A stretch of DNA of 53,958 nucleotides. Source: a virus. Its lineage: Duplodnaviria > Caudoviricetes. The translations under genes and the position numbers were made by a program. Where the stretch lies: positions 1 to 53,958 of the IMG/VR virus record IMGVR_UViG_3300008448_000114; one strand, written 5' to 3'. Positions 45,819-53,958 of the stretch are shown here, one piece after another. How positions within the stretch are numbered: position 1 is the stretch's first letter; each line of letters starts with the position of its first letter. Below the pieces are notes generated by a model, which worked only from the letters and a program-made list of their open reading frames with translations, was not told the DNA's origin and did no database searches.

Positions 45819-47423
45819 ATGTTTACATTACGTACAGAAGCCATCATCGAGAACGCAGCACACTCTATCTACGGAGCAGAACTTCCAGGCATTGAACACG
45901 TGCACCTAAGGGGTGCTATGTTCGGCTACTACAAAGCAGGTAGCGGAGCAACAATAATAAACGGCAGGTGGCAGGACAAGGGACTGCAACTAATAAAGCC
46001 TGGCAAGTTTATCAAGATGATTAACAAGGATATGTCCGACGATAAGGTAGAGCGTATGGTTAACCGCATCAAGTCATACGTATCAACCTTTGGCGACGAG
46101 CATGGCGAAGGTATCGAAGCTCCGTTCTTCAGTGTCGCATCGGGAGAGATGATAGGGCACTACTACCTCGACAAGAACTACGCTGAAAGCGATGGAAATT
46201 TGGGCAATAGCTGTATGCGTAGGCCTGAATGTCAGCCGTATTTCAAGCTATACGAACAGAATCAAGATGCTGTCAGTATGCTAGTGTTACGTAACAGCGA
46301 ACACATTATCGTAGCACGTGCGCTGCTGTGGTTCGATGGTACAGATACCTACATGGATACTATCTACCGGATAGCTGACAAGTTCGAGACAAGCATGATT
46401 GAGTACGCCTGCCGTCATGGTATATACTACAAGCGTCAGCAGTCGTGTCATTACTTCGCATTCGATATGTTCAACCGCGAAAAGATAGAGCCTAAGATTC
46501 TCAACATACATATCGACAAGGTAGATGTGGTAAAATGGGAGTTCCCGTGGCTGGATACGCTGATGTATATGTACATGAACAGCGGTAAATACTATCTGAC
46601 TAACTGCCCTACTCCAGGAATCAACGGAACAATATTGCAACTGCGTAGCACAAGCGGTAGTATATACGACCACAATATCAACGACGACAGACTACTGCAC
46701 ATGGAGACAGCGTTCACCTTATTGTACGGAGGTAAGCGTAGCCCATCGGTCACTAAGTTCTTAGAAGATAGAGAGGCGTTAGTAGAAGCTGTCGAAGGAG
46801 ATGAAAATAGTATCGTAAGCAACTGGAATGGTAGCTTCCTTGCAACCATTATCAAAGAGCCGAAAGACATACCATTAGGATACAAGCGTCTGTTCATAAA
46901 CAATCAGCCGGAGGAAGGACAGGTAGAGATTAACGGAGAGTTCTACGATGAAGATGATTGTGTTATAGATATACATGGCAACTGGGTGCATATTGACGAT
47001 GCAGTAGAGGTAGATGGAGACTGGTATCATCATGAAGACGGTAGAATCAGGTACTCTGAACACTACGGAAGACATTACCACGAAGATGATGTTACGTATG
47101 TGGAAAGCAGAGACGACTACTATCCTAATGATGATACTGTATGGGATGAATACACTAACGAGAATATCCTTGAGAGATACGCGGTATATGTACAAGACTA
47201 TGGATATATACACGAAGATGATGTACACGAGGTAGCCGTAGAGGTTAATGGAGAATACCACAAGACAGAGAGATGCTTCCAATGTGAGATAACAGACGAG
47301 TGGTATCTGAACGATGAAAAGTGCGAGCTTCCTGATGGTAGGGTGGTATGCCAAGAAGCGTATGACGAATGGATTGAAGAGAACGATACTGACGAACAAG
47401 AAGTAGAAGAAGAGCAACCTTAA
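45819..47423 (+). CDS. Protein with SCM...ARALLW...MD.IY domain (PcfJ/GNAT-like) and acidic beta repeats
   Basis: GNLGNSCMR, IVARALLW, YMDTIY, repeated DD.V......WYH units. Confidence 0.6.
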   Translation: MFTLRTEAIIENAAHSIYGAELPGIEHVHLRGAMFGYYKAGSGATIINGRWQDKGLQLIKPGKFIKMINKDMSDDKVERMVNRIKSYVSTFGDEHGEGIEAPFFSVASGEMIGHYYLDKNYAESDGNLGNSCMRRPECQPYFKLYEQNQDAVSMLVLRNSEHIIVARALLWFDGTDTYMDTIYRIADKFETSMIEYACRHGIYYKRQQSCHYFAFDMFNREKIEPKILNIHIDKVDVVKWEFPWLDTLMYMYMNSGKYYLTNCPTPGINGTILQLRSTSGSIYDHNINDDRLLHMETAFTLLYGGKRSPSVTKFLEDREALVEAVEGDENSIVSNWNGSFLATIIKEPKDIPLGYKRLFINNQPEEGQVEINGEFYDEDDCVIDIHGNWVHIDDAVEVDGDWYHHEDGRIRYSEHYGRHYHEDDVTYVESRDDYYPNDDTVWDEYTNENILERYAVYVQDYGYIHEDDVHEVAVEVNGEYHKTERCFQCEITDEWYLNDEKCELPDGRVVCQEAYDEWIEENDTDEQEVEEEQP

Positions 47424-47449
47424 TCATTAAAAATCAAAACAATTAAACA

Positions 47450-48718
47450 ATGGTAGAACAATTATTCAAGGACATCCTGAGTACGCAGTCGCACTCAGGT
47501 CATGTCGAACGCATGACGCAACTTATCGCAGACTACGCCACATACTTCGGAGCAGATGTACGTATCGAGAGCAACAATATCTACGTCACCAAAGGTATCC
47601 CACTTCCTAATGGCTATCCATGTATCGTATCCCATACCGATACTGTCCACGCAATAGTACCCGACGACGAGTTCAGGGTAGGCTATGACCACGACAACCG
47701 CATCATATACGGATACAATCCTATCAAGCGCGACTTCACCGGCATAGGAGGTGATGACAAGGTAGGCATCTACATCGCCCTCGCTGCTGTCCGTGACTTC
47801 ACAAGTATCAAGGCCTGCTTCTTTCGAGACGAGGAGATAGGTTGCGTAGGTAGTGGAGAGGCCGACTTATCCTTCTTCTCCGACTGCATGTATATCCTGC
47901 AATGCGACCGCAAAGGTAACAAGGACTTTGTCAATCGTATATCATCAACGCCTATATCCTCCAAAGAGTTCCAGGATGACGTAGCTAACATCATCAAGAA
48001 CTATGGCTATGACTTCCACGACGGTGGTATGACAGATGTGTACAAGTTAACAACTCGGCAGGTAGGTATCAGCACAGCCAATATGAGCTGTGGCTATTAC
48101 AACCCTCACTCATCAGACGAACTTATATCTGTCGATGATGTTGACAACACACTGCGTATGGTATATGAGATACTGTGGACACTAGACAAGAGGTACGAGC
48201 ATAAGGTAGAGACTCCGGTATATACTAATAAGAAATACTACTACGACTATGACGATTGGTACACGCCTAAGTTTAATACGCCATCTGCCAAGATAGATAC
48301 TATCGACTCAGTTGATGACTTCGGAGACTACTTAAGTATGCAGGATATGCCGACGGATGAAGACATGAAGAAGATGTCTTATGATGATTTCTACTGCCAT
48401 GCCTTAGCTGTCATGTTCGGATATGAGTACACAGGCAATGGCATCTATTCATTTGAGTCAGGAAGGATTACAAGCTATACATCACTGGCTAAGATAGACA
48501 TTAAGGAGCTAGAGAAAGAGATAGATGACAGCGCTATATGGGAGGCGGTAGAGTTCGCGTCATTCTGCGAAGAGCAAAGGGATATATTGATGGAAGATGA
48601 TAAGCCTAAGTCTGAGTGTAACTGTCAGTCATGTGGTACGGGAATAACTAAAGACCAGCAGAGATGGTATGATGGTGTGTGCGAGGGTTGCTTCCGTAGC
48701 TACCATACGATTCTGTAG
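47450..48718 (+). CDS. M20/M28-clan zinc peptidase with C-terminal Zn ribbon
   Basis: SHTDTVH, GGDDKVG, DEEIG, QCDR, GYYNPHS; CQSC...CEGC. Confidence 0.8.
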   Translation: MVEQLFKDILSTQSHSGHVERMTQLIADYATYFGADVRIESNNIYVTKGIPLPNGYPCIVSHTDTVHAIVPDDEFRVGYDHDNRIIYGYNPIKRDFTGIGGDDKVGIYIALAAVRDFTSIKACFFRDEEIGCVGSGEADLSFFSDCMYILQCDRKGNKDFVNRISSTPISSKEFQDDVANIIKNYGYDFHDGGMTDVYKLTTRQVGISTANMSCGYYNPHSSDELISVDDVDNTLRMVYEILWTLDKRYEHKVETPVYTNKKYYYDYDDWYTPKFNTPSAKIDTIDSVDDFGDYLSMQDMPTDEDMKKMSYDDFYCHALAVMFGYEYTGNGIYSFESGRITSYTSLAKIDIKELEKEIDDSAIWEAVEFASFCEEQRDILMEDDKPKSECNCQSCGTGITKDQQRWYDGVCEGCFRSYHTIL

Positions 48719-48730
48719 CAGTGTTCACTC

Positions 48731-49000
48731 TCACGATTTTTTGGTTGACTTCCCGTTAGCGCCATTACGAGCCCGGTTTTTGTGTTTTGATTCCATAACG
48801 AGCTTACCATTCTTGGTATGGCTCATATCTTTATTATCACCATTACCGTACGTTCCGGCTTCGCGATTAGCTTTATTCAGCTTGGAGCGATATGCTACAC
48901 GTTCAGGAGCTTTGTTATACAGCGCATCGTACGCTGCCTTACGCTTCCTTGCTTCGGGATTCTTATCGTAATACTTTTGAGTTCTTGACTTCTTAACCAT
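48731..49000 (-). CDS. 89-aa basic protein with degenerate HNH-like motif
   Basis: Start ATG 49000 after TATATTTG-TGT; GNGDNKDMSH...KNRARN; fits the gap between two plus-strand genes. Confidence 0.65.
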   Translation of the reverse strand: MVKKSRTQKYYDKNPEARKRKAAYDALYNKAPERVAYRSKLNKANREAGTYGNGDNKDMSHTKNGKLVMESKHKNRARNGANGKSTKKS

Positions 49001-49031
49001 ACACAAATATAATAATTTAAAACAAATCAAC

Positions 49032-49391
49032 ATGGAAGGAAAATTAATCTTCAAGTATGACAGATGGTATGTTGACAAGGTTGACGAAGACCTGCTCATA
49101 CCACTATGTAAGACAGATGATGACTTTATCAAATCCCTTGACGATGAGTATATTGTAAAAGCTGTTACGTCTAGATTGGTAGAGTTTACCATCATTACCG
49201 AGTTCAGCCATCCTGAGCAATTCGAGGGCGTAGCATGGGGTGACGGAGAAATCCAGGCGCTACTCGTGAATAATAGGCGCAATGATACATGGGATGACAT
49301 ATATATGAAGCACCGGCATCTTTCCGATGGCGACTTCATTGATATGCTGTACAGAAACTACTACCCACCTAGAACAAAAATGCCATTTTAA
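49032..49391 (+). CDS. Hypothetical protein
   Basis: 119 aa with a typical leader. Confidence 0.65.
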   Translation: MEGKLIFKYDRWYVDKVDEDLLIPLCKTDDDFIKSLDDEYIVKAVTSRLVEFTIITEFSHPEQFEGVAWGDGEIQALLVNNRRNDTWDDIYMKHRHLSDGDFIDMLYRNYYPPRTKMPF

Positions 49392-49445
49392 TTTGGTGGA
49401 TTCAACTATATGTAGTATATTGCATAACAATTTAAACAAAACTAT

Positions 49446-49541
49446 ATGGAATTTGTCATCATCACAATCGGCATGTTTGCAGCAGGATGTTACGTATGGT
49501 CTCTAATCCTGGAAATTATTGAACACGAACAAACCAAATAA
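49446..49541 (+). CDS. 31-aa single-TM peptide
   Basis: MEFVIITIGMFAAGCYVWSLILEIIEHEQTK, downstream of a near-consensus promoter TTTG(49392)-N20-TATATTGC. Confidence 0.5.
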   Translation: MEFVIITIGMFAAGCYVWSLILEIIEHEQTK

Positions 49542-49542
49542 C

Positions 49543-49788
49543 ATGACTAAGCAAGAGTACCTAATCTACAAGCAGTCCGACCAGATGGCTGTCCTTTACG
49601 AATACTACAAGGAGAGATTCAATAAGTTCAAACACAAGCCCTTCCTTACAAGGAAAGAGTTTGACACATTCGCTCCCATGTGCATGGATGTAAACCAAGC
49701 CTATCATAAGGTATGCCAGCACTACGACAGCGAACTTAACTGCATAGAACTAAGGAGTAAAGAAGGTAAAACATTAATGATTTATTAA
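49543..49788 (+). CDS. Hypothetical protein
   Basis: Start moved to ATG 49543 (MTKQEY). Confidence 0.6.
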   Translation: MTKQEYLIYKQSDQMAVLYEYYKERFNKFKHKPFLTRKEFDTFAPMCMDVNQAYHKVCQHYDSELNCIELRSKEGKTLMIY

Positions 49789-49798
49789 ACAAACAACT

Positions 49799-50431
49799 AT
49801 GACAGCAAATGCAAAGTTCATCAGCGAACTAACAACCAATCTATCCAAGCCAATGCCATACCAATGGCGTGTGCAATCCTTCAACAAGAACAATACAAAG
49901 TGTACCTGCGTAGCGTACATCGACGCAAGACAGGTGATGGATACGCTTGACAAGTACTGTACCTACGGATGGGTAAAGAAGTACTACGACATCAAAGGAA
50001 GCATCTACTGCTCCATCGGTGTAGTAATGCCTGACGGAACTATTATGGCGCGTCAAGACGTAGGCTCAGAAGGTAACTTTGAAGCCGAGAAGTCAGCAGC
50101 ATCCGACGCTTTCAAACGTGCAGCCGTTAACTTCGGAGTAGGCAGATTCCTATACGACCTGGAAATCGTTGACCTGAAAGCAGGAGTAAGCGAGTTCAAT
50201 GGTAAGCAGTATCCATTCCCGGCAGATGATAAGGGTAATAAGATATGGGATATTACGGAGTACATTAACAATATGCAGGGCGTAGTTAATGGCGTACATC
50301 CTCTGCAAGAGGCTTTGTCGAAGCTGTCAGGTATGACGGACAAGGCTAAGGCTATCGAGTGGGCGAAGACTCTACCGGACAGCGTAAAGACGCACGCATC
50401 ATTCCGTCAATCATTCGCTAAACAATTTTGA
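49799..50431 (+). CDS. Rad52/Sak-family single-strand annealing protein
   Basis: AYIDAR.V...LD...W...QDVG...EKSAASDAFKRAAV.FGVGRFLY. Confidence 0.85.
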   Translation: MTANAKFISELTTNLSKPMPYQWRVQSFNKNNTKCTCVAYIDARQVMDTLDKYCTYGWVKKYYDIKGSIYCSIGVVMPDGTIMARQDVGSEGNFEAEKSAASDAFKRAAVNFGVGRFLYDLEIVDLKAGVSEFNGKQYPFPADDKGNKIWDITEYINNMQGVVNGVHPLQEALSKLSGMTDKAKAIEWAKTLPDSVKTHASFRQSFAKQF

Positions 50432-50432
50432 T

Positions 50433-50636
50433 ATGACAGCAGAACAAAAAGCACATAGCCTCGTTAATCAGTTTATGCTGATGCCTCCGACAAAGCTGTC
50501 CGACTATTCAAAGATATACATGCCGACCGCCAAGATATGTGCCTTAAAGGTAGTAGATGAGGTACTTGAGACATGCAGTATAGGAGATACGTATGAGTTC
50601 TATGAGCAGGTTAAAGAACACATTGAAAAGATATAA
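50433..50636 (+). CDS. Small phage protein
   Basis: MTAEQKA..LV...AK.CAL.VVDEVL...FY.QVK..IEKI. Confidence 0.65.
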   Translation: MTAEQKAHSLVNQFMLMPPTKLSDYSKIYMPTAKICALKVVDEVLETCSIGDTYEFYEQVKEHIEKI

Positions 50637-50640
50637 AAGC

Positions 50641-50703
50641 ATTGCCGCTTGTAATTATTATTAATCGTTAGTGAGTAATTGGTTACTTAAAGGGGGCGGC
50701 AAT
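50641..50703 (+). other. Long irregular hairpin
   Basis: ATTGCCGC(50641-48)/GCGGCAAT(50696-703) enclosing GTAATTATTA/TAATTGGTTAC. Confidence 0.5.
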
Positions 50704-50705
50704 AT

Positions 50706-50798
50706 CCCGGAAGGCGTATGGAAAGCCGACAATGAGGGTGAACGTGGCCCGTCTGTAAACTCAGTAAATTGTATCAGGTTCGACTCCTGATTCCGGGG
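50706..50798 (+). ncRNA. tRNA-like element with expanded, non-canonical anticodon arm
   Basis: CCCGGAA/TTCCGGG, TCAGG-TTCGACT-CCTGA, GGC-GTATGGAAA-GCC, and ACAAT/ATTGT enclosing 34 nt. Confidence 0.6.
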
Positions 50799-50843
50799 CA
50801 TTTTGGTACTTATAGTACCAATACAAGTCAAAAAATAAACTAA

Positions 50844-51113
50844 ATGGACTATATAATCAATGACCAAGACAAATCAATAGAGCATAACGGAGTAAAGGTA
50901 TTCCCTCCAAGAAAGGAGTTTATGATGTTCTGTTATCTTTTAAACAATCCTAACAGAATCATAAGCAGAGATGAGTTGCTGAAAAATATATGGGATGACG
51001 GCATCATTGTAGAATCAAGAACAATAGACGTACACATGAGGAGGATTAGGGAAAAGCTACCTCACGCACCAATAATAACCAGGAGGTGCTACGGATATAT
51101 GTATAAAAAATAA
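50844..51113 (+). CDS. Stand-alone OmpR/PhoB-type winged-helix DNA-binding domain
   Basis: KEF....YLLNNPNRIISRDELL..IW.....ESRTIDVHMRRIREKL.....ITRR..GY; no receiver domain. Confidence 0.85.
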   Translation: MDYIINDQDKSIEHNGVKVFPPRKEFMMFCYLLNNPNRIISRDELLKNIWDDGIIVESRTIDVHMRRIREKLPHAPIITRRCYGYMYKK

Positions 51114-51147
51114 TAAAACGATTTACTCACTATTAAACAAAACAAAC

Positions 51148-51426
51148 ATGACATCAGAAACTCGCGGTCTATTCGTTGACGACCCATCAAAACTCAACGA
51201 GCTTACTATTACAATCCATAAGACGTACTTGGATGCCTGGAAGTCTATCGACAAAGACTATATCCACTTCATCGACATTCAAATCTATAAAGAAGATATG
51301 GTAAATATTACATTCGAATACAACCCTAACTTCATATCTTACTTGCTTAGAGGTATATTCTCGGCAGGATTAAGATACGGTATGGATACAGCATTCGGCA
51401 TATCTAAAAAAGCAATAAACCAATAA
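51148..51426 (+). CDS. Hypothetical protein
   Basis: 92 aa with a typical leader. Confidence 0.65.
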   Translation: MTSETRGLFVDDPSKLNELTITIHKTYLDAWKSIDKDYIHFIDIQIYKEDMVNITFEYNPNFISYLLRGIFSAGLRYGMDTAFGISKKAINQ

Positions 51427-51437
51427 ACCCATATAAC

Positions 51438-52229
51438 ATGACAATCACAAAGGAGTACTTACAGGAACGCCCGCTGTCGTTCAGCTCACTGAAACAGTTT
51501 ATCAAGTCCCCTCAGCACTACATCCAGTACCTGACGCAGGACAAGAAGCCTACCGAATCAATGATTATCGGCTCTCTAATCCACAACATGCTACTGGAGC
51601 CGGATGGGTTTGACTCCAAGTTCATCATCGAGCCGGACATTAACAAGCGTACCAATCAAGGCAAGGAAGACTATCAAAAGTTCCTTGAATCAGTAGCAGA
51701 TAAGAAGCTACAAGTGGTAGAGCCTAAGACCTTCATCAAGGCGAAGGAGATTGTAACGCAGGTAATGTACAGTCCAACGTACAACTACATCAAGCAGATG
51801 ACAGAAAAAGAGGTACGCTTTGACAAGTACTACGATGGCATACCTATATGTGGTTATGTGGATGGCATGGACCCGGTGTACAACTTCGAGATTAAGACTA
51901 CATCATCCTCTGACATTGACGACATCAGACGTGACTTCTACAACCTAAAGTACTATCTGCAGGCAGCTATGTATCAGTGGTACAATGGTAAGAAGATGAT
52001 ATACATCGTCATCGAAACGTCTGCGCCATACCTCAGCCGTGTATTTGTAGCATCCGATAGCTACATGAAGGAAGGGCACAAGCTGTTCGAGAAAGCTATG
52101 ACCGACTTCTCCTATTGCCTGAGCATGGACCAGTTCGATATGGGGTACGAGTTCTATGGAGGCTCTGACCTGAATGCTCTTGACCTGCCTGCATGGGCTA
52201 AAAAGACGACCGATGATATGGCTACTTAA
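51438..52229 (+). CDS. RecE/ExoVIII-like PD-(D/E)XK exonuclease
   Basis: LSFSSLK....SP.HY, GSLIH..LLEP, E..F...CGYVD...EIKTT, Y.LQAAMY. Confidence 0.85.
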   Translation: MTITKEYLQERPLSFSSLKQFIKSPQHYIQYLTQDKKPTESMIIGSLIHNMLLEPDGFDSKFIIEPDINKRTNQGKEDYQKFLESVADKKLQVVEPKTFIKAKEIVTQVMYSPTYNYIKQMTEKEVRFDKYYDGIPICGYVDGMDPVYNFEIKTTSSSDIDDIRRDFYNLKYYLQAAMYQWYNGKKMIYIVIETSAPYLSRVFVASDSYMKEGHKLFEKAMTDFSYCLSMDQFDMGYEFYGGSDLNALDLPAWAKKTTDDMAT

Positions 52230-52260
52230 GGACCAAATATATAATGTATTTGGCGTTAAG

Positions 52261-52389
52261 ATGGCATTGATTTATGCTTTAGGGACAATACTAATGGCAA
52301 TTTATTTGTCATTAATTTTAATAGCAAATCTTCTGTACGCCATAGAAGATATAAAACAATATTTAAAAAAGAAACAATGGATAGAGTAG
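52261..52389 (+). CDS. Small membrane protein
   Basis: MALIYALGTILMAIYLSLILIANLLYAIEDIKQYLKKKQWIE, in an AT-rich segment. Confidence 0.4.
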   Translation: MALIYALGTILMAIYLSLILIANLLYAIEDIKQYLKKKQWIE

Positions 52390-52757
52390 AAGACCTAGTG
52401 ATGATTCCGCTGATGTGGCTACCGCCTAAGGTGCTAAGGCTTATCAGCTCCAAAGAGAAAGCCCTTCGTAACGATGGGATGCACGACTTCTTTACCGATG
52501 AGATGTCAGGCGAAGGCGACATATACTACATTGATACTGTCGGCAGGCTCATTGTAGAGCGTATCAAAATGTCGGTTGTAGAAGATGCTGTTCTTACCGG
52601 AGTGTCAACCACGATGCTGGTATGCGACATCAAGCACAACCAAATCATGTTCCCTATGCTTGAAAAAGTATATTGTGAAATTCGTGGGAAAAGATGTACC
52701 TTAGAGCTGTCATTTGATGACGGACTATTATCACAGGTAAATTCAATTATTGTATGA
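52377..52757 (+). CDS. Hypothetical protein
   Basis: 126 aa, ATGA overlap with the next gene. Confidence 0.6.
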   Translation: MDRVEDLVMIPLMWLPPKVLRLISSKEKALRNDGMHDFFTDEMSGEGDIYYIDTVGRLIVERIKMSVVEDAVLTGVSTTMLVCDIKHNQIMFPMLEKVYCEIRGKRCTLELSFDDGLLSQVNSIIV

Positions 52758-53191
52758 CACCCGTAGGAGTGCTTATAGAATCCACGCTCAAAGAACTCTC
52801 CGAGAGAACAGGTATAAAGTGGACAGCTCAACTGACATCGAAGGGATTTATAGTATATCGTAAACAGACGAACGAGGACTATGTTGCATCCGAGTACAAC
52901 AAATGGCGTGATGCCTGCTGTGTTATCTTCAACATAGGATACGATACTCTCGACAACGATATAAGAAACGGCAAGAACGTCAACCCTCGTCATTGGTGCT
53001 GGTACATGATGTTTGCTATCTCAGGAGTTAATATTGACAGCATCGTTAAGCTACTCAACGGGCAGAAGAACAGGACATCTGTCCTGCATGCAATCAGAAA
53101 GATACACAACTTCTTGTATCGCAAAACTCCAGACAGGAAGTCGGTAGATGTGTATGGTAAACTAGTGGAGTATTATCAATCTTTAAAATAA
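52754..53191 (+). CDS. Protein with DnaA C-terminal (domain IV)-like HTH
   Basis: R....VNPRH..WYM.......IVKLL...NRTSVLHAIRKI. Confidence 0.75.
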   Translation: MTPVGVLIESTLKELSERTGIKWTAQLTSKGFIVYRKQTNEDYVASEYNKWRDACCVIFNIGYDTLDNDIRNGKNVNPRHWCWYMMFAISGVNIDSIVKLLNGQKNRTSVLHAIRKIHNFLYRKTPDRKSVDVYGKLVEYYQSLK

Positions 53192-53196
53192 AAACA

Positions 53197-53475
53197 ATGG
53201 CAGATTTCGTAAAAGGAATGTTCGTAAAGCAAGGAAAGTACGGAGTAAAAGTATCTTTCAAAGCAACTGAGTTCATCGAAGAACTTAACTCAAAGAAAAA
53301 CAAAGATGGTTTCGTTAACGTAGAAATCAAGACATCTAAATCAGGCGACAAGCTGTACGCTCAATTTGATACATGGGAACCAACAAGCAAGGGTGGCGCA
53401 CCTGCTCCTAAGCAGGCGTATTCGTCTAAGCCAAAGGTGCAGGCGAGTAATGATGATGACGGCCTCCCGTTCTAA
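53197..53475 (+). CDS. Single-stranded DNA-binding protein
   Basis: Small OB-like protein with acidic tail DDDGLPF. Confidence 0.65.
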   Translation: MADFVKGMFVKQGKYGVKVSFKATEFIEELNSKKNKDGFVNVEIKTSKSGDKLYAQFDTWEPTSKGGAPAPKQAYSSKPKVQASNDDDGLPF

Positions 53476-53501
53476 TCTGTTCTTTTGAAACCAAAGATAG
53501 T

Positions 53502-53528
53502 TGCCCCTCGCAATTCGGGGGGCATTTC
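53502..53528 (+). terminator. Hairpin / possible terminator
   Basis: TGCCCCTCG-CAATT-CGGGGGGCA-TTT. Confidence 0.45.
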
Positions 53529-53569
53529 TATCTGCATGAATTTTCCCAAAAAAACCATTCACTCTCACG

Positions 53570-53958
53570 ATGCCAAACGTAACACTATTCAAAACAATAA
53601 CCGATATATCAAAGCCGGTACTACAGCCAGTAGATAAGGTGCTTGAGTATATCAGGGATGGCAGGTGGAAGGATAAGATAGAGCACATAAGAGAATCGAG
53701 CGATGAGGATGAGATTAACAGCCTTAAATCACAACTGCCCTGCATCCTGTATGCCGGAGAGTTTACCATAGAAGTAGAGAACGATAAAGGACAGCCAACC
53801 TACCGCAAAGACGAGTGCCTATCCAAACACAGCCACCTAGTACCCATAGACATAGACGATGTAGATAATATTGACGATGTTATAGAAAGCCTCAAGCAAG
53901 ACCAGTTCATCCATGCCCTATGGAAATCTCCATCAGGCAAGGGCTGTCACGGACTAAT
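53570..53958 (+). CDS. BT4734/VirE-N-like primase-associated protein, partial
   Basis: Hand translation MPNVTLFKTI...LKSQLPCILYAGEF...HSHLVPIDIDD...WKSPSGKG, open to the window end. Confidence 0.75.
   Translation, partial: MPNVTLFKTITDISKPVLQPVDKVLEYIRDGRWKDKIEHIRESSDEDEINSLKSQLPCILYAGEFTIEVENDKGQPTYRKDECLSKHSHLVPIDIDDVDNIDDVIESLKQDQFIHALWKSPSGKGCHGL

Noticed and set aside
43459-50798. Calling the two tRNA-like elements functional tRNAs
   Set aside because: Neither has a 7-nt anticodon loop, so no amino acid can be assigned.
1-53958. Stop-codon reassignment
   Set aside because: Genes are long and tightly packed in the standard code, and no suppressor tRNA is evident.

Overview
This window is most of a tailed-phage genome with a Crassvirales-like (podovirus-type) virion module. 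The host is probably a Bacteroidota, judged from TTTG-N19-21-TAnnTTTG promoters and A/C-rich leaders without Shine-Dalgarno sites. Positions 1-41 kb (minus strand) hold the late genes: GroES-like protein, TerL, portal, a cluster of Lys-rich small proteins, scaffold, major capsid, ring and muzzle tail proteins, ejection proteins (one is a 3459-aa polyvalent protein) and fibre genes. Positions 42-54 kb (plus strand) hold early and middle genes: DksA/TraR-like Zn finger, Zn peptidase, Sak-like annealase, RecE-like nuclease, stand-alone PhoB-type and DnaA-C domains, SSB and a partial primase-associated gene. The most unusual content is non-coding. (1) Six late-strand small-RNA cassettes share a hairpin with a UUU(U/C/A)UA hexaloop; several have 5' arms antisense to start-codon regions, and two are complementary to each other over 19 nt. 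(2) A ~950-nt highly structured region after the first early gene has five AGU-triloop hairpins and ends in a mini-tRNA with no anticodon. (3) There are two further ~330-nt structured elements, a kissing-loop terminator RNA and a second aberrant tRNA-like element. A Lys-rich small gene also appears to be nested out of frame in the giant ejection gene. All calls come from reading the sequence by eye; no database search or folding program was run.
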